Part shown: positions 38,023-47,425 of the stretch, in pieces | Layout: every line of letters starts with the position of its first letter | Numbering within the stretch: position 1 is the first letter of the stretch | Source of the DNA: Paraburkholderia sp. | Lineage (GTDB): Bacteria; Pseudomonadota; Gammaproteobacteria; Burkholderiales; Burkholderiaceae | Direction of reading: 5' to 3' | DNA: 64,000 nt | Assembly: GCA_039593375.1 (NCBI GenBank) | Contig: JBCNPL010000001.1 | Location: 8,862-72,861, forward strand | Notes under the pieces: generated by a model | Told to the model about the DNA's origin: nothing | The model's input: only the letters and a program-made list of their open reading frames with translations | Databases searched by the model: none | Translations under genes and position numbers: made by a program

Positions 38023-39233
38023 GGCAATTCGGCGTGCGCGCCAAGCTCGAACCGCGCGGATGGCGCGCATGCGGCCGCGGCCGCCACTGGCATGGCGTCG
38101 CCGCCGAACTCGTCATAGGGCCGGCCGGCCAGCACGGCCGCGATCCGTTCGGATGCCCGGCCATCGCCATACGGATTGCGCGGCAAAGCCGCGCGCGACT
38201 CGCCGAGCCGTTCGACACAGGCCAGCACCGCATCGCGGATGCCGCGGCGGCTGGTGCCGACAAGGCGCACGGTGCCGGCTTCGACCGCCTCCGGGCGCTC
38301 GGTGACGTCGCGCATCACGAGCACCGGCTTGCCGAGCGCGGGCGCCTCCTCCTGCACGCCGCCCGAGTCGGTCAGCACGATTGCGGCGCGCTGCATGAGC
38401 CTGACGAAGCCGAGATAATCGAGCGGTTCGATGAGGTGGACGTTGGGCACGCTGCCGAGCGTCGCCTGCACCGGGCCGAGCACGTTCGGATTGAGATGGA
38501 CGGGGTAGACGATCTGCACGCGCCCGGTCCGGGCGAGGTCGTCGAGCGCTTCGCAGATTCGTGCAAAGCCGTCGCCGAAGCTCTCCCTGCGATGCCCGGT
38601 AACCAACAGCAACGGCAATGTGTCGTCGAGCGGCGGCAGCTGTGCATCGAGTCGCGTGCGCAGCGCCGCATCGTCGTCTATCCGCGCAGAGGTAGCCAGC
38701 AGCGCGTCGATCACCGTGTTTCCCGTCACGATGATCTTGCCTTGCAGCTGCTCCGCTTCGAGGTTCGCCTTCGAGCGTACGGTCGGCGCAAACATCAGGT
38801 CGCTCATGACGTCGACGACGCGGCGATTCATCTCCTCGGGCCATGGCTTGCGCATGTTGCCCGTGCGCAGCCCGGCTTCGACATGTCCGATCGGGATGCC
38901 ACGATGGAATGCCGCGAGCGCGGCGGCAGCGGCTGTCGTCGTGTCGCCGTGGACGAGCACACGATCAGGCTCTTCGGCGACGAGTACTTCATCGACCGCG
39001 GCGACGAGACGTGAAGTCAGCCCATTGAGCGTCTGGTCGGACTTCATCAGCGCGAGGTCGTAGCTCGGCACGAGCCCGAAGAGGTCGAGCACCTGACTGA
39101 GCATCGAGCCGTGTTGGCCCGTCACGCAGACGACCGATTCGATCTGCGCTTCGAGTTCGAGCTGCATGACGAGCGGAGCCATTTTGATGGCTTCCGGGCG
39201 TGTACCAAATATCGACAAAATTCGAGCGGCCAT
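38019..39233 (-). CDS. wecB: UDP-N-acetylglucosamine 2-epimerase, non-hydrolysing (NfrC/WecB)
   Basis: FGTRPEAIKMAP, TGQH, VHGDTTT, HVEAGLRT, PWPEEMNR, HRRES, TDSGGVQEEAP, NPYGDG; start 39233 or 39242. Confidence 0.96.
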   Translation of the reverse strand: MAARILSIFGTRPEAIKMAPLVMQLELEAQIESVVCVTGQHGSMLSQVLDLFGLVPSYDLALMKSDQTLNGLTSRLVAAVDEVLVAEEPDRVLVHGDTTTAAAAALAAFHRGIPIGHVEAGLRTGNMRKPWPEEMNRRVVDVMSDLMFAPTVRSKANLEAEQLQGKIIVTGNTVIDALLATSARIDDDAALRTRLDAQLPPLDDTLPLLLVTGHRRESFGDGFARICEALDDLARTGRVQIVYPVHLNPNVLGPVQATLGSVPNVHLIEPLDYLGFVRLMQRAAIVLTDSGGVQEEAPALGKPVLVMRDVTERPEAVEAGTVRLVGTSRRGIRDAVLACVERLGESRAALPRNPYGDGRASERIAAVLAGRPYDEFGGDAMPVAAAAACAPSARFELGAHAELP

Positions 39234-39516
39234 GGTCTTCATTTTGTTGACGTGTTTTCGCCTGCGAGGCTCGACGCCGCAGAAACGGAAAAACGCTTTG
39301 ACGATAAACGGATGCCCGATGCGACAGCCTCGTCGGACGTCTCGATACCGTCGACGCCGCTGGAAATGGTCTCCTACAGGCGGGCCAGGCCGCAGCCTGG
39401 AAGCGCTCCCCGAGCGGACCGCATTATAAACAGATTGATCTGCCGCATAGTCAAATTTTGTCAATTCGACCTTAAAAAAATAGCGCTCAATTAGTTAATC
39501 GTTTGCGCAGTCAATT

Positions 39517-39530
39517 CGCAAACGTTTGCG
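39517..39530. promoter_or_regulatory. Perfect 14-bp palindrome CGCAAACGTTTGCG, copy 2, in the AT-rich region upstream of wecB
   Basis: Identical to 23095..23108; extra half-site CGTTTGCG at ~39500. Confidence 0.5.
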
Positions 39531-39685
39531 CTTATTTGCAGTATCTCTGTAACATTTTTATGGACGGAACCGACGGCGAACATCCCCTGTTCGGGGTATT
39601 CGGGATATTCGGGGCACAAAGTCGTAGTGCCCCCGATGTAGCGGTTGTCATGGTTGCCGCCCACATCGGCGACGGCGGAATTTGG

Positions 39686-40861
39686 TTACGCCGCGGCCCG
39701 ATCGCCAAACAGCTTTCGCCTCAGCCGGCCGAGCAGCACGAAGAGCAGCGTGAATTCCATCAGCCGCCCGCGCGGTTGGATAACAATGATCCGCGTTTCG
39801 TGCCATGTCCTGCACGTTGCCCAGCTTTCCTTGTAATTGGCGTAGAGCGGCCGACAGTCGAAGTTCCGTCGCGTGGAGTGTGCCCATTTGATGAGGAATT
39901 CCGCGAGCAATGTGCCGACCGAGCAGGCGGCGAACCTCTCGTCATATGTCGTGATGAGGCCCTCGACGGTTCGGGGGCCGATCAGATTGATCGACGCCGC
40001 GACGGGTACGCCGTCCACTCGCACATATGCCACGATCGGCATTGTCCGCAGGTCCGTTCGCCGTGCGAGTGCGATAAAGAAATCTCTCACGCTGTCATCA
40101 TGCAGATAGGGCGCGTCCGCGCCATGTGCGCGGGCCCATCGGCGCTTGTTCTCCAGGAGCCACCCCAGCACGAACGCGGCGTCGTCAACGGTCCGGCACC
40201 ATCCGAACTCCGCGCGGCCTCGCGCATCGAGCCGCTTGTGCCTGTACCGCAGCGTGTTCCGAAGCGATTTCGATCGAGTCGAAACGTAGTCGTCCCAACG
40301 TGGGAAATCGCGCAACGATGCAGTGAAGCCGGGCAACCCGCGCCACCGCGCGGGCAGCAGCGAGAGCACCCAAGATCGCGGCAAGCCCTGATCGAGCGCA
40401 TGCTGCAACGGGCTGCCATGCCGGACGAGCGCGACTTCGAGTACATCGGCGTCCAGTTGCCGTACCGCTGCCGTCACGGCCGCATAGACGCTGGCGTTCG
40501 CGCGCGCATCGACGAGCGGTCCGCCGTATTCGTCGCCCGTCCCGCACGTGAGTCCTTTGGCAATGCGCAGCCAGCCGTTCGTGACGATCGCGAGAGGCCA
40601 CAACGCGAGTAACGCCGGGCCGCTGAATACCATCGCCACGCTGACGCGAGCGCCTTTCGCCAGCGCACGCCACGCGGCAAGCTCGCAGTATTCGAATGTC
40701 ATATGCCCGGGGCAATCCGGGATATTGGCGGCAAGCGCCTCCCACGATTCGCGCAACCCGGCGAACTCCTCCCTCGAGCGGATCTTGCGCACTTCGTGCG
40801 TCAGCGCAGCCCCGGCAGCCGCGCGAACCCGATACGGCAACGTCCCAACCCTGCCCTGCAT
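39686..40861 (-). CDS. GNAT family protein, CelD/BcsL-like (double GNAT fold)
   Basis: LRESWEALA, LLALWPL, DEYGGPL, WDDYVSTRSKSLRNTLR, YDERFAACSVGTLL, YKESW. Confidence 0.8.
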   Translation of the reverse strand: MQGRVGTLPYRVRAAAGAALTHEVRKIRSREEFAGLRESWEALAANIPDCPGHMTFEYCELAAWRALAKGARVSVAMVFSGPALLALWPLAIVTNGWLRIAKGLTCGTGDEYGGPLVDARANASVYAAVTAAVRQLDADVLEVALVRHGSPLQHALDQGLPRSWVLSLLPARWRGLPGFTASLRDFPRWDDYVSTRSKSLRNTLRYRHKRLDARGRAEFGWCRTVDDAAFVLGWLLENKRRWARAHGADAPYLHDDSVRDFFIALARRTDLRTMPIVAYVRVDGVPVAASINLIGPRTVEGLITTYDERFAACSVGTLLAEFLIKWAHSTRRNFDCRPLYANYKESWATCRTWHETRIIVIQPRGRLMEFTLLFVLLGRLRRKLFGDRAAA

Positions 40862-40981
40862 ATCGTTTCACCTGGTCCCAACCCTCTACCAGCGATAAGC
40901 ATTTAGCTTGCCTGGTCGCACTGCGTCCGAGACATGGTATGGCGCTTGCGTGCAGTGGGAAAGCAGTGGGAGGAGACACAA

Positions 40982-42007
40982 GTGACGTTTACTCATGACG
41001 AGAGCGCGCTGCGACTTCGCCAGATCCCTGACTTAGCGTCTGCCATCGCCGGCGGCTCGCGTCCGCTCGACGCTGCGTCGGCCCTTTCGATTTTTCACGA
41101 GCCGTGGTGGCTCGACATCGCGACCGATGGGCAGTGGGAAGCGGCACGCGTCGTTCACGGCAATCAAGTGCTCGGCGAACTGCCTTATCACGTCACGCGC
41201 AAGGGTATCTGGCGCGTCTGCGGCCTGCCCCCTCTTACACGGACGCTAGGACCGGCCATCCGGCCGATGGGGCTCGATGCGGCTCACGAACTGCGTTACC
41301 GCATGCAGGTGACTTCGCGGCTCATCGAGCAGTTGCCGCCAGTGGAGAGCTTTTCGCAGCTGTTCGACTATCACGTGAAGGATGCACTCGCGTTCGCGCT
41401 GCACGGTTTTACGGTATCCGCGCGCTATACGTTACAGATCTCACCGCTGTGCCCGGCAAGTGAGGTATGGACACGCATGGATTGCAAGACGCGCAACGCG
41501 ATCCGCGGTGCGCGCAAGACGCTCGAAGTCGTGCCGATCGACGATACGAATCAATTTTTGCGCTTTTACGAATCGAACCTCGCGTTGCGATCGCGAAAAA
41601 ACGCCTACGGCACCGCCATCATGGGCTCGCTCATCAACGCGTTCGTCCAGCGCCGCGCGGGGCTCCTGCTCGGTGCATACGAGCGCGCGCGGCTCGTCGG
41701 CGCGATCGGCCTCGTCTGGGACAGGCACACGATGTACTACCTGATTTCGACGCGAAGTCCGCTCGCCCATAGCGGAACGATCAGCCTATTGCTCTGGACC
41801 GCCGTCCAGGAAGCGATTCGCCGCGAGCTGACTTTCGACTTCGACGGTTTCGGCAGCACGTCCACCTTCCACTTTCTGAATGGCTTCGGTGCGCTGCTCA
41901 AGCAACGGCTCCGCGTCGAACGAATGAATACCGTCTACGCCATGGCGCGAACACTGAAGCGCGGCGTCATGACGAAGACCAACGAGACCTTTGCGCCGTA
42001 CCTCTGA
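40982..42007 (+). CDS. GNAT/FemAB-like fold protein associated with polysaccharide loci
   Basis: GTG start after GGAGG; IFHEPWWLD, PPLTRTLGP, TRNAIR.A, LLWTAV, FDFDG, FGA. Confidence 0.78.
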   Translation: MTFTHDESALRLRQIPDLASAIAGGSRPLDAASALSIFHEPWWLDIATDGQWEAARVVHGNQVLGELPYHVTRKGIWRVCGLPPLTRTLGPAIRPMGLDAAHELRYRMQVTSRLIEQLPPVESFSQLFDYHVKDALAFALHGFTVSARYTLQISPLCPASEVWTRMDCKTRNAIRGARKTLEVVPIDDTNQFLRFYESNLALRSRKNAYGTAIMGSLINAFVQRRAGLLLGAYERARLVGAIGLVWDRHTMYYLISTRSPLAHSGTISLLLWTAVQEAIRRELTFDFDGFGSTSTFHFLNGFGALLKQRLRVERMNTVYAMARTLKRGVMTKTNETFAPYL

Positions 42008-42039
42008 GACCGCGCGCGAAGCGGCGCAAACCGCGGTCA

Positions 42040-43233
42040 CTAACTTTCGACGGCCGTAGCGCGAGGACGTACGCTCGCCCCAGTCAGTTGCTCGGCGAGT
42101 TCAACGACATTCCTCGCAAAGAGGGCGGGTGTCCAGCGACGCACCGACGCTTCAGCGCACTGTCCCAATTGCCTCCGCAGTTGAGCGTTCGTTGCGAGGC
42201 GCACGATTCTATCGCTTAGCGCAGTGGCGTCGCCCGGCTCGACGACGAAGCCGTTCACGCCATCCATGACCAGCTCGTCGGCCACGCCGCAGGTGCGCGT
42301 CACGATGGCGGGCTTTCCTGCCGCGAACGCCTCGCTGATGCAAAGACCCCACTGATCGAACGCGCTTGCGAGCACGGCGAATTCCGCAAGCGCATAGAGG
42401 CCGGGCATATCGTCGTTCGTGACCGAATCGATAATCGCGATATGGTCCCTCATTGCTCGACGATCGATGTGCTCACGGACCTTCTGCTCATCGGGGCCTT
42501 GTCCGACGAGCACGAGAGACAGCCCGGTCTTGTGCACGCATGACCGGCAGTAGGCGTCGATGAGCAAATCGATGTTCTTGCGTTGCACGAAACGGCTCAC
42601 GCAAACGATGTACCGCTCGGGTAGACCGAACTTGCCACGGATTTCCGGTCCACTCGCCAGCGCGGCGCGCGCCGCCTGCGAAAAATAATCGACGTCGATC
42701 ACATCGAATCCGATTCGCGATCGCGCCATCGGTATGCCCAGCGACTGCGCGTAGCGGCGGTGTTTCTCGCCCGCAACGAGCGCGGCGTCAAAGTTCGAGA
42801 CGAGGACGCGTTTCAAACGCTCCTTGACAGCGAACCGCCTGCCGTCGTCGGCCTTCGAATCCGACATATAGATCAGAGAGAACCGCTTCCGTACGAGCTT
42901 CAACGCCAACAGCAATAGCGAATAGCTCGTGTTGTAGCCGAGCGTGACGACGACGTCCGGCCTGAACCGCCGCAGCGCGGCGAGCAATCCCGTGCTGACG
43001 CGCGGCCAATGCCCGTCGGCGTCGCCTGCGTCCTCGATCAGCGTAAGGGCGTTCGACGGCCCGGCGTCGAAAAAAGCGGCGCGGCGTTCCTGCGGAAAGC
43101 GATAGACGCTCGAGCGGCCGAATACTTCGACGAGCGAGACTTCATGGCCCCGGGACACGGCAAGCGAGGCCAGCGCCTCGTAGCGTGGCACGTGATAGTC
43201 GCTGAGGTTGCCGATGACAAATAGGAGGCGCAT
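42040..43233 (-). CDS. Glycosyltransferase family 4
   Basis: Start moved to ATG 43233; VSRFVQRKNI, LVGQGP, VLAS..DQWGLCISEAFAAGKP, DGVNGFVVEPGD. Confidence 0.9.
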   Translation of the reverse strand: MRLLFVIGNLSDYHVPRYEALASLAVSRGHEVSLVEVFGRSSVYRFPQERRAAFFDAGPSNALTLIEDAGDADGHWPRVSTGLLAALRRFRPDVVVTLGYNTSYSLLLLALKLVRKRFSLIYMSDSKADDGRRFAVKERLKRVLVSNFDAALVAGEKHRRYAQSLGIPMARSRIGFDVIDVDYFSQAARAALASGPEIRGKFGLPERYIVCVSRFVQRKNIDLLIDAYCRSCVHKTGLSLVLVGQGPDEQKVREHIDRRAMRDHIAIIDSVTNDDMPGLYALAEFAVLASAFDQWGLCISEAFAAGKPAIVTRTCGVADELVMDGVNGFVVEPGDATALSDRIVRLATNAQLRRQLGQCAEASVRRWTPALFARNVVELAEQLTGASVRPRATAVES

Positions 43234-43432
43234 CGGTGGGCAAGAAATGGGGTTGCGCAAATTGCGGGCCCGTCGATGACCTGATATTTCGACGTAGCGC
43301 GCAGCGAGGGACAGATTCGACGATCGTCTCCTGCCTGGCGCCAAATGCCGGCGTCTGCAAACAGCCCAGCAAAGAGCCTGCCTGACGCGGGCAAGTTCCG
43401 CAAGCGCGCTAACCGCATGCCGCCGAACGCGC

Positions 43433-44227
43433 CTAGGACATGAACATACCGCCGTCCACGTTGACAGTCTGGCCGGTGATGTACGCTGCATCATCGGACG
43501 CGAGGAAAGCCACCAGCCCCGCGACATCGGCGCCCGTCCCGGCCCTTTTCATCGGAATACCCTCGATCCATTCCGCCATCAGCTCACCCGGCTTGTAGTC
43601 GCCCAGCAGCTTGCCCCACGCCTCGTCGTTGTACGACCACATGTCGGTCGTGATGATGCCCGGGCAAAACGCGTTGACGGTAATTCCGGCCGGAGCCAGC
43701 TCCTTGGCGAGGCTCTGTGTGATGCCGACCACGCCGAACTTGCTGGCCGCATAGTGCGGCGTATAAACGAATCCCTGTCGCGCCTGCCCCGACGCGGTGT
43801 TGATGAGCCGCCCGTGCTTGCCTGCCGCCAACATCCGTGTCGCCGCTTCCTGGCAGCATAGAAACACGCCCTTCGTGTTGACCGCGAGCACCTTGTCCCA
43901 TTCCGCCTCCGTCAGGTCTTGCAGCTTGGCGATCGTGATGACGCCGGCGTTCTGGACCGATACATCGACTTCGCCGAGCTTGGCCCGCACTTCGTCATAA
44001 AGCGCCTTCACTTGCGCCTTGTCGGTCACGTCCGCCTCGATCCCGATCGCATCGAAGCCCGACTCGCGCAGCAGCGCCGCCGCGTCGAACACCGTCTTCT
44101 CATTGGCGGATATGCAAACCTTCGCGCCTTCGCGGGCAAAGCGTTCCGCAATGCCCAGTCCGATTCCGCGGCTTCCCCCTGTGACGACGACGACCTTTCC
44201 CTCGAAACGCTTCAATTCGATACTCAT
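43433..44227 (-). CDS. SDR oxidoreductase (polyol/acetoin reductase-like)
   Basis: TGGSRGIG, QNAGV, YAASK, PGIITTDMW, ITGQTVNVDGG. Confidence 0.9.
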   Translation of the reverse strand: MSIELKRFEGKVVVVTGGSRGIGLGIAERFAREGAKVCISANEKTVFDAAALLRESGFDAIGIEADVTDKAQVKALYDEVRAKLGEVDVSVQNAGVITIAKLQDLTEAEWDKVLAVNTKGVFLCCQEAATRMLAAGKHGRLINTASGQARQGFVYTPHYAASKFGVVGITQSLAKELAPAGITVNAFCPGIITTDMWSYNDEAWGKLLGDYKPGELMAEWIEGIPMKRAGTGADVAGLVAFLASDDAAYITGQTVNVDGGMFMS

Positions 44228-44258
44228 GTTCGCGACATCCTCCTGGTAGTCTCGATGC

Positions 44259-45728
44259 TCATAGCCGTCCGATCCAATGCAGCCATCGAGCGTGATTGCT
44301 CGCCGCCTGTGCGCGGCCGCTCCCCGGCTCGACGCGTCGCAGCACTTTGCGCAACGCGCGGTTCGCGCCGGGCTCGTCGATCAGGCCGAGCTGACATAAG
44401 CCGAGTGCCGCGGCCCCCGCCGCCGAAACCTCGGTCAGCTCGAGCGTGCTGACAGGACGGTCCAGCGTGTCGGCGAGGTACTGCAGCAGAAACGGCCGCT
44501 GTACGAGCCCGCCATCGAGGACGAGTTCCCGGAGCGGCAATTGCGCGGCGCGTTCCATGACCGTGATGACGTCCTTGATCTGGTAGACGATCGATTCGTA
44601 CGCGGCTCGAACGACGTGCTGCCATGACGTCGAGAAATCGAGCCCTACGATCTGCGCCCCCCCGGGGTACTTCCAGTGCGGACAGCCGATGCCGGAGAAT
44701 GCCGGAATCAGATAGACGCCGCCGTTGTCGAACTCGCAAAACGCCTGTTCGGCCGCCGCGAAATCATCGAAGAGGCCGAGCTTGTCCTTGAGCCATGCCG
44801 GCGTCGACCCGGCGCTGATCACGATGCCCTCGAGCGCGTAGTCGACGCGATTGCCCGTCGCAAAGCAAAGCGTCGAGACGAGCCCATCGGCAGGCGGTTG
44901 CGGGCGCGCCCCGACGTTCATCATGACGGACGATCCGGTACCCATCGTCGCCTTCGCGAGCCCAGGAGCGAGGCAGCCTTCTCCGACGGCGGCCGCATGA
45001 GAATCGCCGATCATCGCGACCACGGGCACGGCTCTCGGCAACAGGCCCTCGAGATCCGTCGAGCCGAATTCAGCGGCCGAAGGCCGCAGTTCGGGCAGCC
45101 TCAACGCGGCAAGGCCGAACTCGGCCATGAGCTCGCGATCCCAGTCGAGCGTGTGCAGATCGAACAGCATCGTGCGCGACGCATTTGTGTAGTCGGTCAG
45201 GTACGAAGCGCCGCGCGTCATCTTGTAGAGCAGCCAGCTATCGACGGTTCCGAACTGCGCCTGCCCCGAATCGATGGCGTGGCGTGCGCGTCCATCGTGG
45301 GCGTGCAGCCAGATCAGCTTCGAGGCCGAAAAGTATGGATCGATCAAGAGGCCCGTGCGATCGGCGATCCGAGGCGCCATGCCGTCGCCGCGCAGTTGTT
45401 CGCATATGCCGAGCGAACGCTGGCACTGCCACGATATGGCTGGCGTGACGGGCTCGCCCGACGAGTCCCACAACACGGCCGTTTCACGCTGATTCGAAAT
45501 GGCCAATCCGGCGATTTGCGAGGCCTCTCCCTCGAAGTTCGCAAGGCACTGCGCTGCCGCGCTCAGCACGGAAAGGTATAGCTCTCGCGGATCCTGTTCG
45601 ACGAATCCGGCCTGCGGATGCGTGGTTCGAACGGCCGTGAACCCTCGCGAGCGCACGTTTCCCTGCGCATCGAAGACCAGCGCCTTGGTGCCGCTCGTAC
45701 CCTGATCGATTGCCAGCACGTATTGCAT
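44259..45728 (-). CDS. FGGY family (glycerol-kinase-like) sugar kinase
   Basis: AIDQGTSGTK, SNQRET, DPYFSASK, TDYTNASRT, GDSHAA, GTGS, YALEG, DGG. Confidence 0.9.
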   Translation of the reverse strand: MQYVLAIDQGTSGTKALVFDAQGNVRSRGFTAVRTTHPQAGFVEQDPRELYLSVLSAAAQCLANFEGEASQIAGLAISNQRETAVLWDSSGEPVTPAISWQCQRSLGICEQLRGDGMAPRIADRTGLLIDPYFSASKLIWLHAHDGRARHAIDSGQAQFGTVDSWLLYKMTRGASYLTDYTNASRTMLFDLHTLDWDRELMAEFGLAALRLPELRPSAAEFGSTDLEGLLPRAVPVVAMIGDSHAAAVGEGCLAPGLAKATMGTGSSVMMNVGARPQPPADGLVSTLCFATGNRVDYALEGIVISAGSTPAWLKDKLGLFDDFAAAEQAFCEFDNGGVYLIPAFSGIGCPHWKYPGGAQIVGLDFSTSWQHVVRAAYESIVYQIKDVITVMERAAQLPLRELVLDGGLVQRPFLLQYLADTLDRPVSTLELTEVSAAGAAALGLCQLGLIDEPGANRALRKVLRRVEPGSGRAQAASNHARWLHWIGRL

Positions 45729-45801
45729 ATTGACGAAGTCCGTGGAGATCGTGAACGCCTCGCGCCGATCGAGTCGACGCCGTTGAAATCGCGCCGACCG
45801 T

Positions 45802-47337
45802 TCAGGCCGTCGCCAGCTCCATCACGCGTACGTCGCTGGCCTCGGCGCGCGCCAGCACGCCGGTGCAATTGCCGCGCGCGAGGACCATGACGCGATGGGA
45901 CAAGCCAAGCACTTCGTCGAGGTCCGAACTGACGACGACGACGGCGACGCCGCTGGCGGCGAGCTTGGCGATCACCTCGTAGATCGCGGCACGCGCGCCA
46001 ACATCGATGCCGCGCGTCGGCTCGTCGAGGATCACGACCTTCGGTTCGCGCGCCAGCCACTTCGCCAGCACGACCTTTTGCTGATTGCCGCCCGAGAGAT
46101 TTCCGGCGCGTTGTTGGGGCCGCCCCTTCACGCCGAGGCGCGCAATGAGCCCTTCGGCGAATTCACGCACCTTACGCGGCTGCATCCAACCATGCGAGCC
46201 CAATCGATCGAGACTTCCGTAGGCCAGATTCTCTTCGATCGAATGATCGAGCACGACGCCCTGCGCCTTCCGGTCTTCCGGTACCAGAACAACGCCCGCG
46301 CGAATGGCACGCGCCGGGCTCTTCAGATCGAGCGTCTCACCATCGACCACGACGCTGCCGCGCGCAACCGGATCGGCGCCTGCGATCGCTCGCACGAGTT
46401 CGGTCCGACCGGCGCCGACGATGCCCGCAATGCCGAAGACCTCGCCCGCGCGGACCGAAAACGAGACGTCGCGAAATGCGCCTTGCGCCGAGGTCAGGGA
46501 GCGAACTTCGAGCATCGCCCGCTCGCGCGGTTCGGCAAACCGCGGAAAAATGCGCTCGACGTTACGTCCGACCATCTGTTCGATCAGCGTCTTCAGCGGC
46601 ACGCTTCCATTCTCGTGTGTCGCAATCATCTGCCCGTCGCGCAAGACGACGATTCGATCGGCGATCCTCGCGATCTCCTCGAGACGATGGCTGATATAAA
46701 TGAACGACACGCCCTGGGCACGCAGCTTCGCGATCTGCTCGAAGAGCCGGTCCGTCTCGGCGCCGCCGAGCGCGGCCGTCGGCTCGTCGAGTATCAGCAA
46801 GCGCGCATCGAGCGTGAGCGCCTTGGCGATTTCCACCTGTTGCTGCGCCGCCACCCTCAGGGTCCGCACGAGGCGGCTCGTCGGCACGTCGAGGCCCAAA
46901 CGATGCAGTTGCTCTTGCGCGCGGCGGGCCATCTCGGCTCGATCGATCTTGCCGTGTCTCATCGGCAGGCGCCCGACAAAGACGTTCTCCGCGATCGAGA
47001 GGTCGGGCAGCAGGCGAGTTTCCTGGTGGATGAGCCCAATGCCGCTTGCCAGCGCGTCACGCGGCGACTGCGGCGCGTAAGGCTTGCCTCCCCAGAGCAT
47101 GTGTCCGCCAGGATCGGGTTGCAGCGCGCCGGCGATGATCGACGACAGCGTCGACTTGCCCGCGCCGTTCTCCCCGAGCAACGCGACGACGGTGCCGGGG
47201 CGCACGTCGAGATCGACGCCGCCGAGTACGACGTTATGATTGAACGTCTTGCCGATGCCGCGCACGACGAGGCCGTTATGCGCGCTTTCCTGCATCTCGT
47301 TACCGATATCTCCGGCTGCCGGGCCGCTCGAGGTCAT
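45802..47337 (-). CDS. Sugar ABC transporter ATP-binding protein (RbsA type)
   Basis: GENGAGKST, ILDEPT, PEDRK, LSGGNQQK, GIDVGA. Confidence 0.94.
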   Translation of the reverse strand: MTSSGPAAGDIGNEMQESAHNGLVVRGIGKTFNHNVVLGGVDLDVRPGTVVALLGENGAGKSTLSSIIAGALQPDPGGHMLWGGKPYAPQSPRDALASGIGLIHQETRLLPDLSIAENVFVGRLPMRHGKIDRAEMARRAQEQLHRLGLDVPTSRLVRTLRVAAQQQVEIAKALTLDARLLILDEPTAALGGAETDRLFEQIAKLRAQGVSFIYISHRLEEIARIADRIVVLRDGQMIATHENGSVPLKTLIEQMVGRNVERIFPRFAEPRERAMLEVRSLTSAQGAFRDVSFSVRAGEVFGIAGIVGAGRTELVRAIAGADPVARGSVVVDGETLDLKSPARAIRAGVVLVPEDRKAQGVVLDHSIEENLAYGSLDRLGSHGWMQPRKVREFAEGLIARLGVKGRPQQRAGNLSGGNQQKVVLAKWLAREPKVVILDEPTRGIDVGARAAIYEVIAKLAASGVAVVVVSSDLDEVLGLSHRVMVLARGNCTGVLARAEASDVRVMELATA

Positions 47338-47425
47338 GTCTGGCTCCGTGTCGGCGTAACGACGATTCCGGCGCTGCGCCGATCGTCGTCCCGCGTCGCT
47401 TTCGTCCGCGTGTTTCGATTCCCGC

